A stretch of DNA of 64,000 nt from Eledone cirrhosa (Eukaryota), in the NCBI GenBank assembly GCA_964016885.1, contig OZ024746.1, forward strand, positions 102,238,001 to 102,302,000, given 5' to 3'. Of the stretch, positions 49,330 through 62,700 are shown piece by piece; positions within the stretch are counted from its first letter, which is position 1; each line of letters opens with the position of its first letter. The position numbers were made by a program, and so were the translations under genes. The notes beneath the pieces are model-generated. The model searched no databases, was not told the DNA's origin, and saw only the letters and a list, made by a program, of their open reading frames with translations.

Positions 49330-52150
49330 CATCATCATCGTTATCATTTAACGTCTATCTTCCACGCTAGCATGGGTTAGACGGGAATTCTCCTACTTCA
49401 GGCAAGATTGATCGGGTGACCGTGACTCGCTCGTATAGGACTGTATCTGGCATGTTTTCTATGGCTGGATGCCCTTCCTAACACCAACCACATTTCCAGT
49501 GTGGACTGGGAGTCTTTTCGTGATGACACCTACACAACCTCCTTAGTTTGGACTGGATGTTGTAGTACCAACATAACTTTACAGAGACAGGGTGGTGTTG
49601 GTGGGAGTGGGAGGATGGAGTAGGGGTTGTGGGTTGGGTGTATATTTGGTTAGGAGGGGCCTACTGAGTGTAGATTAACTTTGCACATAGGGAAGGCAGG
49701 TCTTCTCTGTTACTGTGTGGTGCCATAGATCTTGATCCAGTGACATTGTCTAAGAGAGGTGTAAGTGTGCAAGGTTGGATTTTATGTCGTCCCAGGTTTC
49801 TCTGGGTCTACCTACTCCGTAACTTCCATCAATTTTGATCACCCTGCATTTTTTTTTAAAGCTGTTATCTTTCATGTGCATCACATGACCATACCAACGT
49901 AATCTTTTATCAAGTAAACAGAATCTGATCCCTCTTATTCCTAATTCTCACTTAGTTCGTTTATGTTTTGCTGTTCATGTATATTACAATTACACGTCCA
50001 ACGGAGCATGCATGCTTCGTTCCTTTCCAATCTGCGCAGGTCCTCTGCACACAATGCCCATGTCTCACTGCCATGTAACATTGCTGTTCGTATGCACGCA
50101 TCATACAATCTGCCTTTCATTTTTAGAGAGAAACTTTTTGTGTCTAGCAGCGGTATTAGCTCTCTGAGCTTTTTCCATCCCGTTCTAACTCTGGCTCCTA
50201 CACTTTCAGAGCACCCTCCACCACTGCTGATTTTGTCACCCAGGCAACGGAAAGTGTCCACTATTTCTATAGAACCATCTGGGCAGTAGAAGATGCTAGT
50301 ATCCTGTGGGTACTTGCTGCTTATTTCTCATGAGCATCGGCCACATATAAAATCTACATTCTTAGATAGCTTACCTGTGATCTCATTACATCTTTTATGT
50401 ACCCATAGAATGGAATTTCTACCTACTCATTTCCTACACACTGAGCATGGAACTAGTGTCCTATTTTCTTTTCTACATACTAGACCTTTAATCTTAGACA
50501 AGTTAACTTTAAGGCCTTTTGATTCAAGGCCATGCCTCTATTTTTGGAATTTCTTCTGTAGTTCAGCCATAGATTCGGCTAGGGTAGTTAGATCATCTGC
50601 ATATAGAAGTTCCCATGGGCAGCTGGTCTTAAACCCCTCTGTTATAGCCTGCAGGGCAATAATAAACAGGAGGAAGCTAAGGATGGAGCCTTGCTGAACA
50701 CCTACTTTTACGCTAAATTCTTCACTATATATATATTCATTGTTAATTCTAACCTTGCTGACTGTTTCTTTATACATGGCTTGTACTCCTACATTTCTAA
50801 GGGCCCACCAGATAATGGAGTGGGGGACTCTGTCAAAGGCTTTCTCCAAGTCAACAAAAGCTAAGTATAAGGGGTTTACTTTTAGCTAGCTATTTCTCCT
50901 GTAGTTGCTGTACAAGGATAAAAGCATCTGTGGTACTTTTTACCTGGCATTTCATCTAGATCAATTTGGTCTCTGATTAGTTGTGCTATAACTCTTTCTG
51001 TGACCTTCATGACCTGGTGAACTACCTTAATGCCTCTATAGTTTCCCCTATCTAGGGTATCTCCTTTACCCTTGTAGCAGTTAACGACGATGCTGCTACG
51101 CCAGTCATCTGGTATGACCCCATTCTGTATTACTTGGTTTACTATCTGGGTGTCCATAGTATGTTCCACCATTCAAGATGCTTTCAACATCTCAACAACT
51201 ATCTCCAAAGGCCCAGCTGCCTTGCCTGTCTTCATATCTTTGATTGCCTTACTTACTATACTACCATTAACTTGCACTGCTGGTCCCTCTATTAGATCGA
51301 TTTGGGGCAGACTATCTTTTTTCCATTTATTCTCCTCTTTTAGTAGTCTCTCATAGTAACACTTCCAAGCTACCTTCTTATCAGTATCAGTGAGGGCAAG
51401 TACACCGTTATCATTACGGACACACTTCTCCCTGACAATATCACGGTTTTCCTTGACACTTTGTTTTGCGATCCTGAACACCTCACGTTGTAGAACATGC
51501 TTGAACTTTCTATTCTCTGCCTCCCTTCTTGCAAAGTACAATTGTCTCCTAGCCACCTAATAGTGTTCTCTACTTTCCCCATCCCACAATACTTTCCAAG
51601 CCTGATTGTCTCCTCCACCTCCAAGTTACTCTCCTTCTGCCTATAGGTCTGCTCCAGCAACAGATTTCATCTGTCGCCTTCAGCAGGTTAACTTTCAAGA
51701 ATTCCCACTGTTCCTCTATATTGTATGTCTTTAATTGCACCTCTTTACTGTCAAAAGCATAAACTAGTATGCTTTTAAATTTATTACTGGCTGTGAGGTC
51801 CTTCAACTTCCATCTTCTCCTCAAGGTAGTCCTCCTCTGTCGTCGAGTACGTCTAGTCCTGACTATGAGGTCACTAACTACTAGACTATGTTGGGAGGTG
51901 AATTCTTCACAGGAGAAGGACTTAGTGTTTACAACAGACACTGTCACACCTAGTAAGGATATAATCTATCTAGCTGGCGTGTTCCCCTGATCTACAGGTG
52001 ATCAAGTGATTGTTTCGTTTTTTGAAGTTTGTGTTACAGATAGTTAGGTTATTAGCGTCATCATTTCCCATCCAGAAAAGTTTATAGCATCTTTTTTTAC
52101 CCACAATGAATCTAGCAGACCCACCCCTGCACCTAGTCTCTTGAACACAC
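49330..52150 (-). mobile_element. degraded RTE LINE, most of its length
   Basis: CVQETR, QHSLVVSD, NYRGIK, EKAFD, YADD, LHGSETW in broken frames; SINE-like 3' end and (GAT)n tail near 49330. Confidence 0.9.
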
Positions 52151-52166
52151 ACATATATATATATAT

Positions 52167-53768
52167 CTTGACTTTGCGAAAGCTTTCAATTCTGTGCCAC
52201 ACAAAAGACTTATGGCAAAACTCTCTGCAATGGGTGTGAAGGATGATGTTTTTAACTGGTTGAAGTCTTCATTCTCAGTCGAAGAGAGGTAGTCACGGTT
52301 CTAGGACACCATTCCTCACCATATGAGATGTCATCTGGTGTACCACAGGGATCTGTTCTTGGCCCCCTTTTGTTTGTGGCATATATTAATGACATAGATG
52401 CCAACTTAAAGAATACCACAGTACTAAAGTACGCAGATGACATCAAGCTGTACCTTGGGATAAAAAGGACAGATCCTGAACACTATAGATCTTGCTTGCA
52501 GTCTGACCTGGAAACAATGCAACAATGGATCTCAGACTGGCAAATCAAGCTAGCTGTGGTCAAGTGCACCACCATGCATTTTGGGAGTAAAAACTCAGTG
52601 TCCACATACTCCCTCCACAGCACTAATATCAAGAAGTCTTCTTGTGAACGTGACCTGAGCATTACGGTCAACAGCGATTTGCGTTGGACAAAGCACATCT
52701 CTAAAATTATCAAGAGGGCGGAGGGTGTCTTAACATCACTCAGCAAGACCTTTGTCAGCCGCTCTCCAGCTATCTATTTAAGGCTGTACATGCTATGGTG
52801 CAGCCACAATTAGAATTTGCATCATCAGTCTGGAACCCCTATCTTGCTCAGCACATTGACCGCCTGGAAACTGTTCAGAGACGTGCAACCAAGCGAATAC
52901 CCTCCATCAGGCATCTACCATACTCTGAACGCCTTGCTTCCCTGGGCATGGATACATTGAAGCTCCGACTCCTGGCAACTGACTTGGTAAACACCCACAA
53001 AATTGTTAACCATCTTGCCAACAACAACCCCGAGTACCATTTTGATTTCCATGTGTCTAACACACGTGGACATGCCCACAAAGTCAGAAAACAGCACAGT
53101 TCCCATGACTTTCGGAAACATTTTCTCACACTCAGAGTTGTTGAAGCATGGAACAAACTACCTGCATCAGTTGTTAGCTGTCAAGACACTGCATCCTTTA
53201 ACACCTCCATGGAACAAACTACCTGCATCAGTTGTTAGCTGTCGAGACACTGCATCCTTTAAAACCTCCATGGAACAAACTACCTGCATCAGTTGTCAGC
53301 TGTCAAGACATTGCATCCTTTAAAACCTCCATGGAACAAACTACCTGCATTAGTTGTTAGCTGTTGAGACACTGCATCCTTTAAAACCTCCATGGAACAA
53401 ACTACCTGCATCAGTTGTCAGCTGTCAAGACATTGCATCCTTTAAAACCTCCATGGAACAAACTACCTGCATCAGTTGTTAGCTGTCGAGACACTGCATC
53501 CTTTAAAACCTCCATGGAACAAACTACCTGCATCAGTTGTTAGCTGTCGAGACTCTGCATCCTTTAAAACCTCCATGCTTCCCGAGATTCGCCAACACTA
53601 CACCTAATGTTCCCCCTCCATACACATAGACACATGTATATCATGACTCATACATTATTCATTTCCCTGGCATTTGTTTATTATTCTATGTACTATACAT
53701 GCACCTTTGACGAGTTGTAGTGCACCTGAGCACTGTACACAATAATTTCATTATTATTATTATTATTA
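52167..53768 (+). mobile_element. CR1-type LINE, 5'-truncated, inverted relative to 44709-47170
   Basis: Near-identical protein (GVPQGSVLGPLLFVAYINDID..KYADD..WNPYLAQ..TRGHAHK); frameshift ~52795; (ATT)n tail. Confidence 0.92.
53147..53573 (+). repeat. 61-bp minisatellite (7 units) derived from the CR1 ORF2 end
   Basis: Unit CATGGAACAAACTACCTGCATCAGTTGTTAGCTGTCGAGACACTGCATCCTTTAAAACCTC; single-copy in the sister element. Confidence 0.95.
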
Positions 53769-56700
53769 TGATTTCTATATATCTATACATTGTTGACCAA
53801 AGGGATGGCTGAAACAGGTTGACAACAATGATGTCACAGCTCATCATTTAATGTCCAATCTGATGAGTTCCACTCCAGTTGCTAAGGTCTGGGATGTTGA
53901 GATTTGTTACACAAATATCACTAAAACCAAGATACTGGGCTGGTATAACTACCTGGTTTGTATGTGTTGTGGTGTGGTATGTGTCGGATGTGGTGTGGTG
54001 TGTATCTGTTGTGTGGGATGGGGTGTGTATTGTGGTGTTTTGATGTGGTGTGTGTGTGTGCAGAGTGATGTGTTGTTGTGCGAGTGTAGTGTATAGAGGA
54101 AATTATACACACATAGGGGTGTGTGAGGACTCTACCCCCTACAACCCTCTCAGGAATAAATGGGTGAAGAAAAAGAGAAGTATTTTCAAATGTGAATTAT
54201 TTTTTTAAAAAGTCATAATTTGAACTGTCATGAAAGTACCATCCAACAAATATTAAAGTTATAGAATTGGTTTTATTTACAGATAAATGTGGATATTTTG
54301 TCATAAATATAAACCAGTTAAGGTTTACAAAATAAACACATAAATCTTTTTGTTTTTTAATGATGTAGTCATAAGAGTGTCAGTGGAGATTTGGAACTTG
54401 GTAGAGCCCTTCACTCTACAGGTTTGAACAGTTGATTGCTTCTAGAGAATGAGAGAGAGGAAGAGCAGACCCCAGTGGTAGACTGGTATTGTTTTTTATC
54501 AACCTTGAATGGATGAAAGGCAAAGTTGACCTCTGCAGGATTTAAACTCAGAGAGCAGAGAACCAGGATAAATATGGCAGAAAGCATTCTATCTATTGTT
54601 TAAAGCCTTTAAATAACTGTTTCTACTTTTAACTCAAGGCCAGTAATTGTAAGGGAAGCAGAAAGTTGATTAAATCAACCCCAGTGGATTACTGGTACTT
54701 TAATTTACTGAACCTCTGAGGAAGAAAAGTAACGCTAACCTCAGCAGGATTTTAATACAGAATGTAAAGGGCTGTAACTATATGACACTAATCACATTGT
54801 CTGACACTCTACCGATTCTGCAAATCCCCCACCCTCAACAATGAAATGAGGTGTCTCTATAAGAAACCTTGGGCAGATGAGATAATGGGCAGACAAGGCG
54901 AAGGGACAGTTTCAGCTTCTCCACGCTGCGAGGGCACTGGAGGCTTCACGCGTCAAGCCATCACAGGTGAGGTGGTGGAAGCAGCCGCACCCCAAACAGT
55001 TTCAGCCCCCCTTCCGTCTATTCGTGGTGCTGCAGGTGATGGAGGATTTTTTTTGGGGGGGGGGGGGCAGGGACCAAGCGGCATCAGGGGTGAGTGGCTG
55101 GTTGTCACCAACCTAGGTACTAGGCACAACTGTGTGGGTGGAAGGGAAAGTGCTGATAAGAGGGCCTCATAGCTCACCTACATCAGATATGGAGGCGTCA
55201 GAAGACAAGAGAAAAAAGAAGGGGGTGCATGGAGGGGGACACACAAGAAGGTAGAATGTTAGCAAATAAATAAATGAATGAAAGGATGAATATACAAAAA
55301 TGAAAACAGGGGGTTGTTCCCAGCGGTAAGACCCAGAGTTCAGCACGCACACATGCAAGCATGTTAGCAGTTTCTCATAGAACCTTGTGGCTAAAGGTGA
55401 GTCTTTCAATCCTGAAAACATGTGTTGTTATTGTCACTGATGCTGGAGTTGGCTTCCTCTTGTTAATGGGAATGGTAGTGTTTATTGGTGTATACACATA
55501 TATTGTGCTGTCACTGCCTTCCTCTTGTTAATGGTAGTGTTTGTTGGTGTATACACATATATGTTGTTGTTAATGTCATCGCTGCTGTCACTGCCTTCCT
55601 CTTGTTGATGGTGGTGGTAGTTGAAACTGCTACCTATTCAGGCTGGTTGCTGGGGCTTGAACACCTTCTTTAACCGAAGATGCGGGTCGTTATTGTCAGT
55701 TTCTGTTGTTGCCTTCCTCTTGTTAATGGTAGTGATAATTGTTGGTGCTACCTATATCGGCTGTCAAGCTGGCTGCTGTATCAGCTTCTGTGAGCGACAC
55801 TCCAATGGCCTTCTTGACCAAAGATGCAGGTCAATGGCTTTTGGCATTGTTTGGCAATATAATGGCAAATAAATATATTCTCTATTTTTTTTTTCTTTCT
55901 TTCTAATCCAATTCAATATCATCAATTGGAAAGACCAATGGAAACATTGTTTCCTTGGTCCAATCTGATGAGTTCCACTCCACTTGGTAAAAACTGAGAT
56001 GTTGAGATTTATTACAAAAAAAATTGCTAAAATCAAGATACTGGGTTGGTATAACTACCTGGTTTGTATGTGTTGTGGTGTTTTGATGTGGTGTGTGTGC
56101 AGGGTGATGGGTTGTGTGTGTAGTGTAAAGAGGAAATTTTACACACATGGGACCTAGAAGGGGTGTGTGAGGACTCTACCCCCTATAACCCTCTCAGAAA
56201 TAAATGGGTGAAGAAAAAGAGAAGAAAGTTGTAAAGTATTTTCAAATGTGAATTATTTTTTTAAAAAGTCAAAATTTCAACTGTCGTGAAAGTACCATCC
56301 AGCAAATATTAAAGTTATGTAATTGTTTTTATTTACACATGTGGATATTTTGTCATAAATATAAATATAAACCTGTTAAGGTTTACAAAATAAACACATC
56401 AATGTTTTTTTTTTTAAATGATGTAGTCTTAAGGGTGGAACTGTGGACATTTGAAGCTTGGTGGAGCCCTTCCCTCTCCAGGTTTGAACAGTTGATTTCT
56501 TCCAGAGAAGGAGAGAGAATAAGAGGGAGGAAGTGAGATAGAAATATAGAGAGGAAGAACAGACACCAGTGATAGACTGGTATTGTTTTTTATCAACCTT
56601 GAATGGACGAAAGAAAGTTGACCTCAGCGGGATTTAAACTCAGAGAGCAGAGAACCAGGATAAATATGGCAGAAAGCATTCTATCTATTGTTTTATAGAC

Positions 56701-57090
56701 TTTAAATAAATGTTTCTACTTTTGACTCAAGGCCAGCAATTTGAAGAGAAAGGGAAATGCCAATTAAATAAGGCCCAGTGCATTACTGTTTCTTATCAAC
56801 CTTGAATGGATGAAAGTCAAAGTTAACCATGGCACGATTTAAACCCAGAACATAAAGGACTGTAACTTTATGACACAAAGCATATCGTCTGACACTCTAC
56901 TGATTCTGCACCACCCTCAACAATGAAATGAGATTGTGTCTCTGTAATAGCCCTTAATGACAAATAATATGAAAGGGTACTTTCTACAGGGTGTATTTGT
57001 TAATTACAATACAAAACCACTGAGAATGATTTCCAACATATTTTACGATAATAAATGTTCATCAATATATATTAACATTATTATTTTCTG

Positions 57091-57537
57091 CTAGCATGTG
57101 TAGTGTGCATATTGATATTATACGCAGGTATATATACATGTAGATATGATACATCAAATAAAATCGTAATTGACAATATATAATACATAGAAATTGAACG
57201 AAGACTGTGTTACACTCTCTTATTTAATGAGTAACGTAATCCATGAAACATTAAAAAAGACGATATTATATATAAACTGCATTAGGAGAAAATTAGCGAC
57301 GGAAATATATGAATGTTTATTTAAGCGATGGCCAACCGGAAGTGTTGACATTTGAACATTTTAAAGAAGTGAATCTTTAAATAAACAAATATATTTAATC
57401 AACAGCCACCAAATTTAGTAGATAAATTATGTAATATTCATTTATTATTTATTCAAAGTAATGCAACTTATTTTACTAATGGGATGAAAAATTATAAACC
57501 GTACAGTCCCGCGATCCTTACTTTATTATAGTTTAGA
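57091..57537 (-). mobile_element. non-autonomous Helitron (third copy)
   Basis: Homologous to 47712-48187, same TCTAAACTATAATAAAG 5' end. Confidence 0.75.
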
Positions 57538-57825
57538 TTTATTAGGTCAGATGGATTGGCCAGAACAATTCTACTCTTCTTTTTTAGATATCACGATCTT
57601 CCATGGCATTCCTGAGATCATTAATCTCCAGCTGGACATCCTGAGACATCTGATCGATGTAGGTCAATCTCAGTCATCCCACTAGGGTCTTACAATGTTT
57701 AGGTATCCATAACAATAGCCAGCTCATCCTACCCTCAGTAGCAGTGTCCAGCATATCTTGTCCTCCGCCCCCTAGTTATAGTGGTAATCTTTGATATATG
57801 TCAGTATATTTCTTCCCTTTAAAAA

Positions 57826-57992
57826 TAATTGTTTCTACTTTAGGCACAAGGCCAGCAATTACCCAGTGCATTACTGGTACTTTATTTTATCGACCCCGTA
57901 AGGATGAAAGGCAAAGTCAACCTCGGCGGGATTTGAACTCAGATCGTAAAGGGACGTAACTATGCTGGAAAGCATTGCGTCCGACCCTCTAC
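57826..57992 (-). mobile_element. tRNA-derived SINE (same family)
   Basis: B-box and body as above. Confidence 0.78.
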
Positions 57993-58102
57993 TACACAAC
58001 ATATATGTTGAGATGTATAAGATTTCTCAAACTTCACATTTTATATTCTGCCTTCCAAAGTGTGTCTATATATGTGTTTTTCATATTTCACAGTGATGGG
58101 GT

Positions 58103-58864
58103 TTACCGCAAGTGTTGACTACGTAGGTGAACAAACATTGATGAATTCCGTGTGAAAGATTTACCACATATTTCACATGAATATGGTTTTTCACCAGTAT
58201 GTATTCTTTTGTGACGTACAAGATCAAAACTATTAGAAAAGCATTTCCCACATATTTCACAATGGAAGGGTTTTTCACCAGTGTGTATTCTTTTGTGGCG
58301 TACAAGATGAGAACTACAAGAGAAAGATTTCCCACATATTTCACATGAATAAGGTTTTTTCCCTGTGTGTTTTCTTTCGTGCTTTACAAGATTGTGCTTC
58401 TGGGTGAAAGATTTCCCACATATTTCACAGTGGAAGGGTTTTTCTCCAGTGTGACTCCGTATGTGGACGACAAGAGCAGAATTATCAGTGAAAGATTTAC
58501 CACATATTTCACAGTGGAAGGGTTTTTCTCCAGTGTGACTCCGTATGTGGACGACAAGATTAGAATTATCAGTGAAAGATTTACCACATATTTCACAGTG
58601 GAAGGGTTTTTCTCCAGTGTGACTCCGTAAGTGGATGACAAGAGCAGAATTATTAGTAAAAGATTTACCACATATTTCACAGTGGAAGGGTTTTTCTCCA
58701 GTGTGACTCCGTATGTGGATTATAAGATTAGAATTACTAGTGAAAGATTTACCACATATTTCACAGTGGAAGGGTTTTTCTCTACTGTGTATTTTATCGT
58801 GTGCGGATAGTTTCAGTTTTGAAGAGAAAGTTTTCCTGCAAATCTCACAGCTATATTCAGACAT
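58103..58864 (-). CDS. C2H2 zinc-finger protein, 9 tandem fingers
   Basis: Uninterrupted 253-aa ORF of CEICGKSF-x5-L-x2-H-x3-H fingers with TGEKP linkers. Could be a single-exon CDS or the last exon of a longer gene. Confidence 0.85.
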   Translation of the reverse strand: MSEYSCEICRKTFSSKLKLSAHDKIHSREKPFHCEICGKSFTSNSNLIIHIRSHTGEKPFHCEICGKSFTNNSALVIHLRSHTGEKPFHCEICGKSFTDNSNLVVHIRSHTGEKPFHCEICGKSFTDNSALVVHIRSHTGEKPFHCEICGKSFTQKHNLVKHERKHTGKKPYSCEICGKSFSCSSHLVRHKRIHTGEKPFHCEICGKCFSNSFDLVRHKRIHTGEKPYSCEICGKSFTRNSSMFVHLRSQHLR

Positions 58865-58984
58865 ATTTCATAAAGAAATCTCACCACTTCCACTCATATA
58901 TTAAGAAATATAGCATTCAGTTGGTAAAGTAATAAGATGTATGAAAGCGTAAGACTTATCTTGGAAGAAGAAAAAGCAAGTGCT

Positions 58985-59019
<35 letters not shown>

Positions 59020-61917
59020 GTGTGTGTGTGTATTTTTTTATTTTTGTTAAGGTGAGAGCACTATTCACAATAAAATCCTCAGCTCATAAAACAGACGAAT
59101 AAGTCTTTTAAGGTTCTTGTTTTTGATGACAGTTCAGGTGACAAGAGAATTAATATCCATAATTTCAAAAGATGAAGATTAATATATATATATATATATA
59201 CAGACATACAGTGTGTACGTATGAGATAAATAGACGTGTGTGTGTGTGTAGAAATATGTGTGTATGTGTTGTAATAATTCAAGATATTTCACTTCAGATA
59301 GTTAAAAAGTTCACAATGTTTGTGTTGTGATGGAAAACGAAATAATACGTACTTTAGTTTTCAAGACCAAATATAAAGTCAAAGAAAAGTTAGTAAAAAC
59401 TAAATGTTCACTGATTTCTGATTAAAATAATATTTTCCTGTCCTGTAAAATGTTGAACAACCACTTCAATATTTAATAATACAGGTGATAAAACAACAAC
59501 TATAAGGTAAATAAGTCACCTTATGTTATTTACAAACATTAACGTTCACCTTAATATGAAATAATCACCATAAAAGATAAAATTAGATGAGGTTTAAGTT
59601 GTAACAATGGAGCTGATATAAATGGTAATATTTCAGTCTAGTTGACACCGGTATAATGACTTAAAAGTCCCCTACATAATTTAATACATTCAGAAACAAC
59701 TTCCGTTATATTACTTCACACCTTCAATCTATATGTTAGTTCTTTATTCAGATTTGTATAAATAACATTATTAATTTTACATAGTTGTTCATATTAAAAC
59801 AAAACACATTATTAAAGGTAATAAAATATTTAAGAAATGGAAATGTAAAGAAGTATTTTGTTAAACATAAATGTAAATATAAGTTGTAACGATGGAGCCA
59901 TTGTAGATAACTTTCCACTGTCTAGTTTACACCGGTGTCATGACTTAAAAGTCCCCTACATAATTTAATACATTCAGAAACAACTTCAGTTATATCAATT
60001 CACACCTTCAATCCAATTTTCGTTAAACTCCATCTGATGCTGCTACTCGGCTTTTTCAGCTGTACTGATTGGAGACACGTGAAATGAAGCATAAATATAT
60101 AAATGTAAGTATGTATGTATACGTACATACATATATGTATACAGACGTACAGTAGTATGTATATATATATACATACATGCACACATATATATATATATGT
60201 TCGTATGTTTTTACCGAAAATTTATTATAATGTTCGATTTGTTTGTTTGTGTAATAAAATCACACAGTTTTGATATGTAATGTATAAACATGTTTGAAGA
60301 GATGTGAATTTCCCATACATTAATTACAATTAATTTTAGTCCTCGACCTTTCAGTAAATGTCTTTGAATTCTTCTGTACATGTTCTCCACTGACGTCAAA
60401 CGTTAAACTATTTGACAATCAAGAACAATAACTCAGTATGACAACTATTATCCGTCGCTGAGTTGTTTCCCATGTGTGTGTTTATATATGTATATACTTT
60501 ATGTGTGTGTGTTTATATATGTATACTTGTATACATACATGCTGATGGCTACAATTAGATTTCGAGTAATGCCATCGCTTGATACTTAAGCATAAACACC
60601 ATGGACGTAGCTTTTTAGTCCTACAAGGGACTTGCATATGGCCAGGAAGGCCATGCATCGCGAAAATGTCACATATCAAGCGATGCCTGTGCTTGAAGCT
60701 TTTTTAATTGATGAAAGGTTTAGCAGGGGTCAAATCCCACTCTCTGAACATCGAATGTATTTAACCAAAACGTAGAATTGGTCTACATCATTGGGTGCAA
60801 ACGAAGTCACAAACTTTATAACAGTGTGACCTTCTAGAGAGATGTCTTAATGAAGAGCAGGAATGCGATCATTACAACACCCACCCCACCTCACGGGGCT
60901 CCTTCCTCAAGTGTGCTGCTGTCTTTCCAATAGTGTATACATAGCATCTATACAGTATACAGATATATATGTTGAGAGGACCCTATGTAGTATCAAAGAC
61001 ATTACAAAATCTCTAGTGTTGGTGATCTACACCAGGCATGTAAAAAAATGCGGCCTACGGCCCTTTACAAGCACACCTGAGGCCGGCACGAATGTTTTTA
61101 CAGCATGTTTTATCTTCGAATTATAAAGTAAAGAAAAATTAGTTGTAATATGCGCAATTAGTTGTCGTGTGGGGCCCTCAGACAGCACATATGTGACCCA
61201 TGTAGTCCTCGGGGCACCCTCAGTTTGACATGCCTGATCTACACGATAAACGCACCCAGAACATGCTTTAATGTGGGTATGATAAGAAACGTTTCTAATC
61301 ACAGAGAGCTTACCAAAGAAGGGTTTTGACGACCCTGCAGTTGTGTCAAAGGCATGGCAACCTCCGTAGTGTTGGCGTCTACATAAATGCGCCCAGTGTG
61401 TGATGTAAAGTTGGTGGTGGTAAGGAGGGTACCCAGCCACAGAAAACTCGCCAAACAAAAGGTTGGGAGAACGGTTCAGTTGTGTTGAAGACATGACACC
61501 ATCTTTAGTAATGGTGCCACAATACAATACACTCAGTAGAATGTTGGACAATATGTAAACGAGATGTGGACCACCCACTCCATTCTGGTTTGTGAAGACC
61601 TGACCAATCCTTGCTAGCAGGGAAAGTGGAAGTTAAATGATGATTATGAGCTGTGACGTTACTGGTACCAAGCTGTTTCAGACTTTACATTGCACGATGT
61701 GTATATATTTATTTCTTTAAATCGAGACAGACAAACCATATTGTTTTAAATTAGTATTTTTCAACCTAGCTAACTTGGTCATTTGCAATTCGAACACATG
61801 TATACTTCTATCGGTGTTCATCTCTCTCATATATTCAATTGTATTCCACAGCTCGGAAAGATTCCCTTCCTTGAGCTATTTAATTGTAAAAGACTATCTT
61901 GAGTTTCTAACTCAATA

Positions 61918-62700
61918 TCTGTATATATATAAAATTAAGTATGTGTGTGTGTGTGTATTACCTTTTAGGGGCCTACGTCTGACGACCGATTTTCATGAAA
62001 CTTTACAGGCTCATAGATTAGTCATCGGGGAGTGTTTTCTATATATCAGCGAATCATTTTTTTTTTATTCCGGAGTCATTCTGCAGTTAAAAATCGATAG
62101 GGGGGGGGGGGGGTCACCTTTCTTTAGGTATCGAAAAATAAGATTTTTGGCTTTAGCTCCCACATTTTGCCACCGATTTCGTTCAAATTTTAAAGCAAAA
62201 TAGAATTTATCTTTGCACATCCTGTAATGGCTTTATATTTTGCATTTGTTGTTCAGGGACGGCGTGGCAGCCGCTTAAATATTCAAAAATACCACTTTTA
62301 GACTCAAATTTCCACTTTTTCGGCTGTAGCTCCCACATTAATCAACCAACTTTGTTCAAATTTTACATTACGCTAGATTTGATTATTTTACGTCTTAAAG
62401 TGGCTTTACATTTTGGATTTTATATTCAGGAACGGCGTAGCAGCCGCTTAAATATTCGAAAATACCACCTTTTCGCTCAAATATCCGCCTTTTCGGCTCT
62501 AGCTCCCACATTTTTCAACTGATTTCGTTCAAATTCGAAACTTCGGCTCCACCTCACACATAAATCAATTTATTTGGTTCAACTTTTATACTACGATAGA
62601 ACCTATCATTGCACATCTTATAGTAGCTTTACACTTTGCATTTTTTGTTCAGGGACGGCGACCTATCATTAGCTCCCACATTTTTCAACCGATTTCGTAA
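61918..62700 (+). mobile_element. probable non-autonomous Helitron-like element with internal ~174-bp tandem repeats
   Basis: Starts A|TCTGTATATATATAAAA, then (GT)n and ACCGATTTTCATGAAACTTT; TAGCTCCCACATT recurs at ~62153, 62327, 62500, 62670; 3' end not seen. Confidence 0.5.

Larger units (their letters stand above)
53800..60930. repeat. segmental duplications of the ZNF-containing unit (41270-48710 vs 56290-60930; partial copy 53850-54860)
   Basis: Shared non-coding blocks in the same order, e.g. AAAGTACCATC..ATATTAAAGTTAT (41288, 54233, 56290), CAGTCATCCCACTAGGGTCTTAC (42111, 57670), TAAAATCCTCAGCTCATAAAACAGACGAATAAGTC (44490, 59071), CACCCCACCTCA.GGG..CTTCCTCAAGTG (48658, 60882). Confidence 0.85.

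Noticed and set aside
54846-55421. GC-richer ORFs on both strands
   Set aside because: No recognisable domain, a poly-G tract, and no splice or paralogue support.
60025-60095. Second hammerhead-like motif (CTGATGC...GTGAAATG)
   Set aside because: Core A9 is missing and I could not find convincing helices.
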